Of a stretch of 64,000 nucleotides of DNA, positions 46,991 through 55,659 are shown piece after piece. The first letter of the stretch is position 1; the number at the start of each line of letters is the position of its first letter. The notes under the pieces are model-generated. The model was not told the origin of the DNA, did no database searches, and saw only the letters and a program-made list of their open reading frames with translations. The position numbers and the translations under genes are program-made. The stretch comes from Candidatus Binatia bacterium (GTDB taxonomy: Bacteria; Desulfobacterota; Binatia; UBA9968; JAJDTQ01), in contig OY761465.1 in assembly GCA_963664535.1 (NCBI GenBank), forward strand, positions 76,980 to 140,979, read 5' to 3'.

Positions 46991-48171
46991 GGGGCCCTCC
47001 GAATGGTGGCCAGCACGTGGGAAGGATCGAACGTGAAACTCGCCTCTGGATTTCCGTTGCTGCGCAACGTTTCCTGCGCACGGATAACGCCGCGGCCAAA
47101 CGCATTGACATAACCGAGAGTTGCCAATGCCTCCGACAGGACCGGATTACGATAGTCCGTCTGCCGGGGGAAGTTCTCCGGCGATGCCATGCCATACAGG
47201 CCGCCCGGATTCTGGATCTCTATGCGGTCATCGTACCAGTAGAAGCGAACGGGCGCGTTTGACTCGTAGGATCGATGCATGATGGCGTTCAAAAGCAGTT
47301 CGCGGATGGCTGCTGGGGGATAGTCGATCACCGTTCGTTCCCGGAGAGCCGATTCCGCCACCGGGTGTGGCTGTGCCGGAAGAGAAACCAATGTTTCGAG
47401 TTCACGCAGGACCGTAATCAGATCGCCGCTAAGCCGTTTCTCGCTGATCGGGTCGTCGGCCATCGTGGTTCCCGCCCAGCGGACAAACTGGATCGAGGCC
47501 CCGGGCACCCAGCGTAGCGGATCCCGGGCGAACAAAAGTGCTCCGGCGTTCGTGGGGCAGTCCGCGGTGAGGTCGTAAAACCGTAGCGAAGCCATCTGCT
47601 CTTCGATAGCGCGGTTATTTTCCTCGATGACTGCACGGTCGACGGCGGCAGGCAGATAGGTGACGAGAAACATGTCCCGGACAAGATCGTCCACCTTGCA
47701 GCCTGTGCAGGGCCGTAGATCGAAGGTCCGCTGCTGGGCAGTTCGTTTTTCGATCAGAATCCGTTCTTCCTGCTGATTGGCGCGACGCCGTGATGGACAG
47801 ACACGGATCCAGACCGTACCCTTGTACCGCACCGGCGGGAGGTCCGACGGCAGGACTTCCACCACCGCTACCGCACCTTCCGGTAATGAGTATTTCTGGA
47901 CGGTCATAGGCGGGAGCGGCTCGATGTTGACGTTCGAGCGCAGTGCTGCGAGATCCTTTAGCAGTTTGTCGCTGACGGTCTGGCCACTGAACGTTCCGTC
48001 ATCGTCCACACCAACGACTAAGTAGCCCGGCCTCCGGTGATTGGGGAAGTCGTTGGCGAAGGCACAAATCGCCTCCCCAAACTTGTCGGTGTCCTTCTTC
48101 GAGAGCGTGAGTTCCACGCAGTCGGACTCGTGATCCCGGATCAATGCACGCAATTCATCGGTCGTGGGCAT
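46987..48171 (-). CDS. Schlafen/AlbA_2 domain protein with RecG_C/HATPase_c_4 domain
   Basis: ESDCVE, ICAFAND, GYLVVGVDDDG, RELLLNAIMHRSY, IEIQNPGGL and RNPVL motifs. Confidence 0.85.
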   Translation of the reverse strand: MPTTDELRALIRDHESDCVELTLSKKDTDKFGEAICAFANDFPNHRRPGYLVVGVDDDGTFSGQTVSDKLLKDLAALRSNVNIEPLPPMTVQKYSLPEGAVAVVEVLPSDLPPVRYKGTVWIRVCPSRRRANQQEERILIEKRTAQQRTFDLRPCTGCKVDDLVRDMFLVTYLPAAVDRAVIEENNRAIEEQMASLRFYDLTADCPTNAGALLFARDPLRWVPGASIQFVRWAGTTMADDPISEKRLSGDLITVLRELETLVSLPAQPHPVAESALRERTVIDYPPAAIRELLLNAIMHRSYESNAPVRFYWYDDRIEIQNPGGLYGMASPENFPRQTDYRNPVLSEALATLGYVNAFGRGVIRAQETLRSNGNPEASFTFDPSHVLATIRRAP

Positions 48172-48403
48172 GGCACTCTTGAAGCTGAAATTTCAGAAAG
48201 GATGGCACGGCGAGAAGCACGGCGCAAATCCCTTCATTGCCGAGTAGGAAACCTGAGTCTTTTGCGCACGCACCGCGTAGGGGGTGGTGACTGGCCAACA
48301 CGGTTCATGCCGTGATACGAGGGTAATTCCACTTGGTCGGAGCGCCCGTTGGCGACAACGACGAGTGCTCCTCGTACGTGTATGATAGAGCCTACCGACA
48401 ACC

Positions 48404-49393
48404 ATGCGTGATCTCCCCACTCGATGGGGCCTGAGCCTTCCCAACCGCGGCGTGCTGTTCGGCCTCACGACCGTGGAGGACCTCTTCGCCTCCGCCACCC
48501 TCGCCGAGGAATCCGGCGTTTTCGAGTCCGTGTGGGTGGGCGACAGCTTCATCCACAAGCCCAGGCTCGATTCCATCGTGATGCTGTCGAACCTCGCCGC
48601 GCGCACGGAGCGTGTGCGGCTCGGCACCATTTGCATGGCCACTTTCCCCTTGCGCCATCCGGTGGAGTTGGCGATCCAGTGGGCGAGCCTGGACCATGTC
48701 TCAGGGGGCCGTACCGTGCTCGGCGCGTGCATCGGCGGCGGCCACGAGCCCGAGCTGCGGGCCTTCGGGCAGACCTCCAGGGAGCGCGCGCCGCGGCTGG
48801 AGGAAGGGATCGCGCTGTTGCGCGCGCTGTGGAGCGACGGCAAGGTGCATCACCGCGGGCGCTTCTACACCCTGGAGGACTACGACATCCTGCCCAAGCC
48901 GGTGCAGCGCCCCTGCCCCATCTGGATCGCCGTGAACCCGCGGCGGCCACTGGAGGGCAGCCCGCTGGTGCAGCGCGCGCTGGAGCGGGCGATACGGCTG
49001 GGGGACGGCTACATGACCGATGCCGTGGCGCCCGACGAGTTCCGCCGCCGCTGGGATTTCATGCAGCGGGTGGCGCAGCGGCAGGGGCGCGACCTGGGCG
49101 GCTTCGAGACCTGCATCCACGGCATGATCAACATCAACGAGGACAAGCGGGCGGCCTACGAAGAGTCGAAGCACTATTTCCAGGAGTATTACCCGCTGGC
49201 GCCGCCCAGCGAAGAGGTCATCCGGACCTGGCTTGCCTACGGCGCCCCCGAGGAGTGCGCGGTGCTGCTGCGGGAGTGGTTGGACATGGGCATCAGCACG
49301 CCGGTGCTGCGCTTTACCGGGCCCGACCAGTTGGCGCAGATCCGCCGTTTCGTCGAGGAAGTCCTGCCTCTCGTACGGGAGGGCGCGCGATGA
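48404..49393 (+). CDS. Luciferase-like (LLM) flavin-dependent oxidoreductase
   Basis: SVWVGDS, LAARTERVRLGT, LDHVSGGR and PKPVQRP motifs. Confidence 0.92.
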   Translation: MRDLPTRWGLSLPNRGVLFGLTTVEDLFASATLAEESGVFESVWVGDSFIHKPRLDSIVMLSNLAARTERVRLGTICMATFPLRHPVELAIQWASLDHVSGGRTVLGACIGGGHEPELRAFGQTSRERAPRLEEGIALLRALWSDGKVHHRGRFYTLEDYDILPKPVQRPCPIWIAVNPRRPLEGSPLVQRALERAIRLGDGYMTDAVAPDEFRRRWDFMQRVAQRQGRDLGGFETCIHGMININEDKRAAYEESKHYFQEYYPLAPPSEEVIRTWLAYGAPEECAVLLREWLDMGISTPVLRFTGPDQLAQIRRFVEEVLPLVREGAR

Positions 49394-49406
49394 AGGAGGC
49401 TGTTTC

Positions 49407-50792
49407 ATGAACCCTGATCTGCGAACTTTTCTCCAGGCGGTGAGGGAGACCGGACCCGAGAACTACGTCGAGGTGACGAAGCCGCTGGACGCCTACCTGG
49501 AGATCGGCATCATCCAGCACAAGCTGGCGGCCGAGGGCCGCAACCCCGTGATCTATTGCCCCGAGATCAAGGGCAGCACGCTGCCGCTGGTCACGAACAT
49601 GTTCGGCTCCTTCGACCTCCTGGCCTGGGGCCTGGGCTGCGACCCGCGCAGCATGACCCGGCTGGAGATCTACGACGTGCTGCGCAAGAAGCTGGCGCAA
49701 CGGGAGGATCCCGTGTGGGTGGACGAAGAGGACGCGCCGGTCAAGGAGAAGAAGTTCGTCGGCGACGACGTGGACCTGAACGTGCTGCCCATCATCCACA
49801 ACTCGAAGCTCGATGCCGGGAAGTACATCGGCGCCGGTTTCACGATCGCCCGATGGCCGGACACCGGCGTTCCCAACGCGGGCATCTACCGTCACCTGGT
49901 CATGGGCCGGAACCGGCTCGGCTGCATGATCAATCCGGGCAACGACGGCGCGTACATTGCCCGGCGTTGCGCGGAACTGGGACGGCCCATGGAGATCGCC
50001 CTGGTCATCGGCCACCACTCCGCGGTGCTGCAGGCGTCCCAGGCCAAGGGAGTGGTGGAGTTCGATCTCATGGGCGGCTACCTGGGCGAGTCGCTGGAGG
50101 TGGTCAAGGGCGAGACCGTGGACGTGCCGGTGCCGGCGCAGGCGGAGATCGTCATCGAGGGGACCATCGACGCCGCCACCATGGCCACCGACGGCCCCTA
50201 CGCCGAGTACCTGGGCTACTACGGCGTCGGCGACAAGCCTTGCTACGTCATCGACGTGACCGCCATCACCATGCGCCGGGACGCCATCTACCATCACCTG
50301 GACTCGGCCCACATCGAGCACAACCTGGCGCCCAACGTGAGCGCCGAGATGAGCATGTACGACCGGTTGCGATCCCAGTTCCCCACGCTCAAGGCGGTGA
50401 GCACCATGGGCTGGCTGGGTACGTACGTCTCGCTGCAGCAGCGGGTGCCCGGCGAGGGCAAGCAGGCCGGCCTGGTGGCCGTGTCCACCGACAACTACGG
50501 GAAGACCGTTGTGGTGGTGGACGACGACGTGGATATCTTCAACGAGCGGGAGGTGGCCTGGGCCATCAGCACCCGCATGGTGGCCGACCAGGACCTGCTG
50601 ATCATGCCGGGGGTCAAGGGCGCGCACCTCGACCCGGTGTCCTACAACGAGGCCCGCACGGGCCGGGGCCCCATGACCACCCACCTGGTCATCGACGCCA
50701 CCCGGCCGGTGGAAAAGGAGTTCGAGACCAGGATCGAGCCGGACCCGGAACTGTGGCAAAAGATGGACTTGAAAGACTATCTGAAACCCTGA
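49407..50792 (+). CDS. UbiD-family (prFMN-dependent) decarboxylase
   Basis: DLRTFL, DAGKYI, GIYR, AEIVIEG, DGPYAEYLGYY and VVVDDDVDI...V.WAISTR motifs. Confidence 0.92.
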   Translation: MNPDLRTFLQAVRETGPENYVEVTKPLDAYLEIGIIQHKLAAEGRNPVIYCPEIKGSTLPLVTNMFGSFDLLAWGLGCDPRSMTRLEIYDVLRKKLAQREDPVWVDEEDAPVKEKKFVGDDVDLNVLPIIHNSKLDAGKYIGAGFTIARWPDTGVPNAGIYRHLVMGRNRLGCMINPGNDGAYIARRCAELGRPMEIALVIGHHSAVLQASQAKGVVEFDLMGGYLGESLEVVKGETVDVPVPAQAEIVIEGTIDAATMATDGPYAEYLGYYGVGDKPCYVIDVTAITMRRDAIYHHLDSAHIEHNLAPNVSAEMSMYDRLRSQFPTLKAVSTMGWLGTYVSLQQRVPGEGKQAGLVAVSTDNYGKTVVVVDDDVDIFNEREVAWAISTRMVADQDLLIMPGVKGAHLDPVSYNEARTGRGPMTTHLVIDATRPVEKEFETRIEPDPELWQKMDLKDYLKP

Positions 50793-50798
50793 TCGCCA

Positions 50799-50827
50799 TT
50801 GACAAAGAACCGGCCAGGAACTAGTAT
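50799..50827 (+). promoter_or_regulatory. Putative sigma70 promoter for the ABC transporter
   Basis: TTGACA-17 bp-TAGTAT upstream of the ATG at 50895. Confidence 0.55.
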
Positions 50828-50894
50828 TCGTCGTTTCGCGAAGAAAGAACGCGTTCGTTGCCGAAACCGGCGACCAGTTTAAAGGAGGCAGACA

Positions 50895-51887
50895 ATGCGA
50901 CGCTACACATGGACAGCTTTGCTGGCGATCGTGCTGGTGAGTTTCCTGGCCTTCGAGGCCGCGGCTCAGGATCTCCACAAGATCAAGGTTACCGCCGGGC
51001 GGAACAGTGTCATTTCCATGCTGTATCTGGCCGGGGAAATGGCCGGTATTTTTGAAAAGAACGGCATCGACGTGGAAGTGGACGTGCGCCCCTTCGCGGG
51101 ACACATGGCCGCGCTGCCCGCCAAGGAGGTGCCTTGCTCGTCGTACGCCGGCACGGCCGCTATCGCCAGGATCACCAAGGGGCTTGACTTCGTCATCGTC
51201 GGAGGCGGGCTCACGGTGATGCAGGAGGTCTTCGTCAAGAAGGACAGCCCGGTCAAGTCCATCGGCGACCTGCGGGGCAAGAAGTTCGGCACCTGGTCCA
51301 CCGGCGCCGGCGCCTTCAAGGCCACCCGCGCGGTCATCATCGACGGCCATAACATGGACGTCATCAACAAGAAGGACGTGGATCTGAAGCAGGCCGCGGC
51401 CCCCGCGCTATTGGCTCTGCTGGACCGCGGTGACGTAGATTCCATGTTCAACATCAGCTCGCTGACCGTCCGCGCGGCGTCGCAGCCCGACAAGTACCGC
51501 TCGGTGTTCGTACCCAACGACTACTGGAAGTCGAAGACCGGCCAGCCCATCGTGTGGTCCGCTCCGCTGGTCTGCTGGCGGGAGTGGGTGGACGAGGACA
51601 AGAAACGCGCGGCGGGCTTCGCCTCGGCGGTCATGGAATCCATGCACTGGCTCCGGAACCCCAAGAACTTCGATCGGGCCGAGGCCAAGTTCGCCAAGGT
51701 TACCGGCATCAAGAACAAGGCTGAAGCCGGCGTTTACCGGGATTGGCTGCAGAAGAACAAGGTGTTCCTGGCCAAGTGGGACAAGGAAACCGTGGACCAC
51801 CAGTGGAACTTCCTCGAAATGGCCAAGCAGCGTGGCGTCCTGGACTTCGTCCCGGACAAGAAGAAGCACGGGCTGATTCTCAACTAG
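50895..51887 (+). CDS. NitT/TauT (NMT1/SsuA-like) ABC substrate-binding protein
   Basis: Signal peptide, GIFEKNGIDVE and SIGDLRGKK motifs. Confidence 0.9.
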   Translation: MRRYTWTALLAIVLVSFLAFEAAAQDLHKIKVTAGRNSVISMLYLAGEMAGIFEKNGIDVEVDVRPFAGHMAALPAKEVPCSSYAGTAAIARITKGLDFVIVGGGLTVMQEVFVKKDSPVKSIGDLRGKKFGTWSTGAGAFKATRAVIIDGHNMDVINKKDVDLKQAAAPALLALLDRGDVDSMFNISSLTVRAASQPDKYRSVFVPNDYWKSKTGQPIVWSAPLVCWREWVDEDKKRAAGFASAVMESMHWLRNPKNFDRAEAKFAKVTGIKNKAEAGVYRDWLQKNKVFLAKWDKETVDHQWNFLEMAKQRGVLDFVPDKKKHGLILN

Positions 51888-51974
51888 TCGACGTTACGGC
51901 GTCCGGGTCCTGGTCACGGCTTCAGCCGGACCGAGGGCCCGGACCTCCACGCCCATCTCTGACAGGCTCTCCAC

Positions 51975-52739
51975 ATGATCAAGGGCAACCCCGGTCTCCT
52001 GCCCGGGATTCTTACGCTGCTGGCCTTCGTCCTTTTGTGGCAGGTGGTATCGCTGCTGTTTCTGGCGGCTTTCCTGCCGGGGCCGCAGGAACTCGTCCAG
52101 CGCCTCTTCACGGTCTATTCGGAGCCCAGCAGCTACACCGTGGTCTGGGATACCCTCCGGCGCATCATTCTGGGCCTCGGTTTCTCCATGGTCATCGGCG
52201 GCATCGCAGGGCTGATCATGGGGCTCCACCGGCACGTGGAGGCCTTCCTCGACGGCTGGATCATGGTGCTGCTTACGTTCCCGGCCATCTGCTGGGCGTT
52301 TTTGGGTGTGTTGTGGTTCGGCCTCTCGGACATCGGACCGGTCTTCACCACCGTGCTTATCGTCTTTCCCTTCGTGGCGCTCAACGTCTGGGAGGGGACC
52401 AAGGCCATCGACAAGGAAGTCATCGACATGGCCAAGGTCTACAAGGCGAACCGGCACCTGATCGTCCGCAAGGTGATCGTGCCGCAACTCATGCCCTATC
52501 TCTTCTCGTCCATGCGAATCGCCCTTTCGCTTTCGTGGAAGATCGTGCTGGTGGGCGAGGCCTTTGCCGTGGGCAGCGGGGTCGGGCAGATGCTGGTCTT
52601 CCATTTTCAGGATACGCGCGTGGACATGATGCTGGCTTGGGGCGTGAGCTTCATGGTGTTCATGGTGCTGGTGGATGTATTGATATTCCGTTCCTGGGAA
52701 AGACGCGCCTTCCGGTGGCGGCATCAGGTTGCGACTTAG
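51975..52739 (+). CDS. NitT/TauT ABC permease
   Basis: TM helices, EAA-like loop (IDMAKVY) and SWKIVLVGE. Confidence 0.9.
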   Translation: MIKGNPGLLPGILTLLAFVLLWQVVSLLFLAAFLPGPQELVQRLFTVYSEPSSYTVVWDTLRRIILGLGFSMVIGGIAGLIMGLHRHVEAFLDGWIMVLLTFPAICWAFLGVLWFGLSDIGPVFTTVLIVFPFVALNVWEGTKAIDKEVIDMAKVYKANRHLIVRKVIVPQLMPYLFSSMRIALSLSWKIVLVGEAFAVGSGVGQMLVFHFQDTRVDMMLAWGVSFMVFMVLVDVLIFRSWERRAFRWRHQVAT

Positions 52740-52758
52740 CTTGGTACAGGTATCGTTC

Positions 52759-53538
52759 ATGGCTTCGACCGTAGTTCACGTAGACAAATTGACAAAGAAG
52801 TTCCCCACCCCGGGCGGCGGCGAAGAGTTCGTGGTGCTCGACGCCGTGAGCCTGGACGTCAAGGAGGGAGAGTTCGCCAGCCTCGTGGGTCCCTCCGGCT
52901 GCGGGAAATCGACGTTGCTGAACGTCATCGCGGGCATCGAGGTGGAGAATGGCGGCAGCCTCACGGTGTACCCCTCGGCCCAGTCGCCCGACGGCGCCGT
53001 GCACGTGGGCTACGTCTTCCAGAGCGCTCGCCTGCTCAACTGGCTCACGGTGGATGACAACATCCGCTTCGCGCTGGAGGCTCAGGCCGTGCCCCGGGAG
53101 CAGTGGCGCGACCGCGTGAGCAAGTACCTCGACATGGTGGGGCTGGCGGGGCAGGAGCCCAACTATCCCCTCAATCTGTCCGGCGGGATGCAGCAACGGG
53201 TGGCCATCGCCCGCGCCCTGGCCATCGAGCCCGACATCCTGCTCATGGACGAGCCTTTCAGCCACCTGGACGAGATCACCGCGCGCAAGATGCGCATCGA
53301 CCTGATGGAGATCCTCGAACGCGCGAAAACCACCATCCTGTTCGTGACCCATGACCTGCGCGAGGCCGTTTACCTTTCCGACAACGTGTACATGATGAGC
53401 ACCAAGCCGGCGCGGATCTTCAGGCATGTCCATGTGGACTTGCCGCGGCCAAGGCAACCCGAGGATCCGCGCCTGTTCGACATGGAGAAAGAGCTGGTGC
53501 AGGAATTCTTCGCCGTTCTGGAGCAGCAGTCCGAATGA
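52759..53538 (+). CDS. NitT/TauT ABC ATPase
   Basis: GPSGCGKST, LSGGMQQR, LMDEPF and FVTHD motifs. Confidence 0.94.
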   Translation: MASTVVHVDKLTKKFPTPGGGEEFVVLDAVSLDVKEGEFASLVGPSGCGKSTLLNVIAGIEVENGGSLTVYPSAQSPDGAVHVGYVFQSARLLNWLTVDDNIRFALEAQAVPREQWRDRVSKYLDMVGLAGQEPNYPLNLSGGMQQRVAIARALAIEPDILLMDEPFSHLDEITARKMRIDLMEILERAKTTILFVTHDLREAVYLSDNVYMMSTKPARIFRHVHVDLPRPRQPEDPRLFDMEKELVQEFFAVLEQQSE

Positions 53539-54314
53539 GCATGCGTACCTACATGCGTGCGGCGTCCATGGTGGCGCTGGTGGCGGTCTGGTGGATCGGA
53601 TCCCTGTTCACGCTGCCCGAGGTTCTGCCGAGCCCGTTCCGGATTGTCCAGACCATGGGACGCATCCTCGTGGAACTCGGTCCCGAGGGCCACTCGGCCT
53701 TCTTCCACATCGGCATCACGATGTTCCGCATCATCATCGCGTTCGTGGTGGCGATGCTGGCGGGCATCGGCATCGGACTGGCCATGGGACTCCGCAAGAC
53801 CGTGGAGTATTCCCTCATGAGCCTGATCCCGCTGTTCCTGACGATACCCACCATACTGATGGTGTTCCTGGCGGTGCTCTGGTTCGGGTTCAGCGAGACC
53901 GGCAGCCTGGTGGCGGTGATGGCGGTGGTCACGCCCTTCGTGACCGTGAACATGGCGGAAGGCACCAAGGCCATGGACAAGAGCCTGATGGACATGGCCA
54001 AGTCCTTCAAGGCCAACCCGCGGATGATGATCCGCAAGGTCTACGTACCCCAGCTCATGCCCTACCTCATGTCCGCGTTCCGCTACTCCTTCGGCATGAC
54101 CTGGAAAATCGTCGCCTTGGCCGAAACCTTCGGCATCAAGTTCGGCATCGGCTACATGTTTTTCTTCTGGTTCGAGAACTTCGACATGGAACAGGTGCTG
54201 GCGTGGGTCCTGCTCTTCGTGATCCTGATGCTGATCATCGAGTACGGCGTCATCGCCCGTTTCGAGCAGCGCGCCTTTGCCTGGCGCCGCACCTTCTCCG
54301 CCGCCGCGCTATAG
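53535..54314 (+). CDS. NitT/TauT ABC permease (second)
   Basis: LPSP, TM helices, WKIVALAE and GIGY motifs. Confidence 0.9.
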   Translation: MSMRTYMRAASMVALVAVWWIGSLFTLPEVLPSPFRIVQTMGRILVELGPEGHSAFFHIGITMFRIIIAFVVAMLAGIGIGLAMGLRKTVEYSLMSLIPLFLTIPTILMVFLAVLWFGFSETGSLVAVMAVVTPFVTVNMAEGTKAMDKSLMDMAKSFKANPRMMIRKVYVPQLMPYLMSAFRYSFGMTWKIVALAETFGIKFGIGYMFFFWFENFDMEQVLAWVLLFVILMLIIEYGVIARFEQRAFAWRRTFSAAAL

Positions 54315-54326
54315 CCTCACAAGACC

Positions 54327-54638
54327 CTACCGCCCGTGCGCCTTGATCTCCGCCATGGAGAACGGCCCGGCCCCCATGACTTGGTGCAACTCCCACTCGA
54401 TCAGCTCGAACGTGCAGAAGCCGGCCGCGGTGTAAGGGTCGCTCCCGGCGATGCCCTCCGCCTCCTCCCGTGATTCCGCGCGTATGAGGTAAATGCCGAG
54501 CTTGCGGTCCGGCGTCGGTCCGGACATGACGATCTTCCCCGCTTCATGCTGCCGCTTCATCCAGGACAGATGGTCGTCCAGCGTGACGTTCCACTCTTCC
54601 CTGGGCTTGAGCGCGCTCCTGAGTCCGATGAACCACAT
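54327..54638 (-). CDS. YciI-like protein
   Basis: HLSW, SGP and DPY motifs, about 103 aa. Confidence 0.8.
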   Translation of the reverse strand: MWFIGLRSALKPREEWNVTLDDHLSWMKRQHEAGKIVMSGPTPDRKLGIYLIRAESREEAEGIAGSDPYTAAGFCTFELIEWELHQVMGAGPFSMAEIKAHGR

Positions 54639-54672
54639 GCTCGTCTTCTCCCTTGCCGTCCGAACGGGCACC

Positions 54673-55509
54673 CTATCGGGCGGCGCAGATATCCCACCAG
54701 TTCCGGTCCAGGTCGCTGAACACGAACGAAACCTCGCCGTTGTCCTCCTGCAGGTCCCCCGCCTCGCCGATGCCCATGTCCTTGCCCGAAGTACGGAAAG
54801 CCCGGTGCGCGTCCACCACCTCCTGCTCGGTCTCCACCTGGAGCGTGAAGCGGTTCAGCTCGGAAACGTAGTGGCGCTTGCGGCCTGGCAGGACGACCAC
54901 GTACCAGGGCGTGTCGTAGTGCTTGATGTAGACCGACATTCTCCCGCCGCCCAGAATCTCCAGCCCCAGCACGTCGCGGTAGAAAGGCGTGCTGACCTCC
55001 TTGTCGTCGCATTCCCGGGTGCCGTGGCTCAGCGCCTGGGGCAGGTAGCCGCGCCCTGGGAACCGTTCCTCCGGCATCTTCTCGCGCCACGGCTCGATGG
55101 CGTTCCGCTGGCCTCGCACCACTGCCTCGTGGTCGTAATACTCGATCTCCCAGTCATTGCCGCCGGGCTCGCGGAAATAGACCGAATGGGCGAAGTGGTT
55201 CTCGTGCGGACGGCTGACGCGCATGAGCTTGTAGCGCTCCTTCTGCGACTGGAGGTGCTCATAGGCTGCGTTCACTTCGTCGAGGGTCTCCACCCGCACG
55301 CCGTAGTGATGCAGATGCGGCTTGTCCACGGCTTCGGGCGCGCCTTCGTGGACCACCAGCTCCCAATCGGTGTTGGGGTGCTTCACCGTGGCCTGCCCGG
55401 TTCCCTGCCGTAGGACCTCAAACGCCAGCAGGTCGGTGAGCACCGGCAAGGTATCGTCCAAAGACTTGCATTCGTAGTGGCCCCGTTTCAGTGCGGTGGG
55501 CTTGATCAT
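54673..55509 (-). CDS. Two-domain VOC (glyoxalase/extradiol dioxygenase-like) protein
   Basis: GHYEC, HHYGV, SVYFREPGGNDWEIE, LSHGT and FSDLDRNWWDI motifs. Confidence 0.85.
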   Translation of the reverse strand: MIKPTALKRGHYECKSLDDTLPVLTDLLAFEVLRQGTGQATVKHPNTDWELVVHEGAPEAVDKPHLHHYGVRVETLDEVNAAYEHLQSQKERYKLMRVSRPHENHFAHSVYFREPGGNDWEIEYYDHEAVVRGQRNAIEPWREKMPEERFPGRGYLPQALSHGTRECDDKEVSTPFYRDVLGLEILGGGRMSVYIKHYDTPWYVVVLPGRKRHYVSELNRFTLQVETEQEVVDAHRAFRTSGKDMGIGEAGDLQEDNGEVSFVFSDLDRNWWDICAAR

Positions 55510-55659
55510 CCCGACTTCCTCCTCAAAGAGAGATTCCGGCCTTGCATGCAACGCTCAACGTAGCCCATTCCAGCCCGTTGATGAAGCGCCGGTCTTGTTC
55601 GAGGCGCCTTCGGTAGGTCATTATGAGTTCAGCATCCTTGCCACATGGAGGTTTCACTC

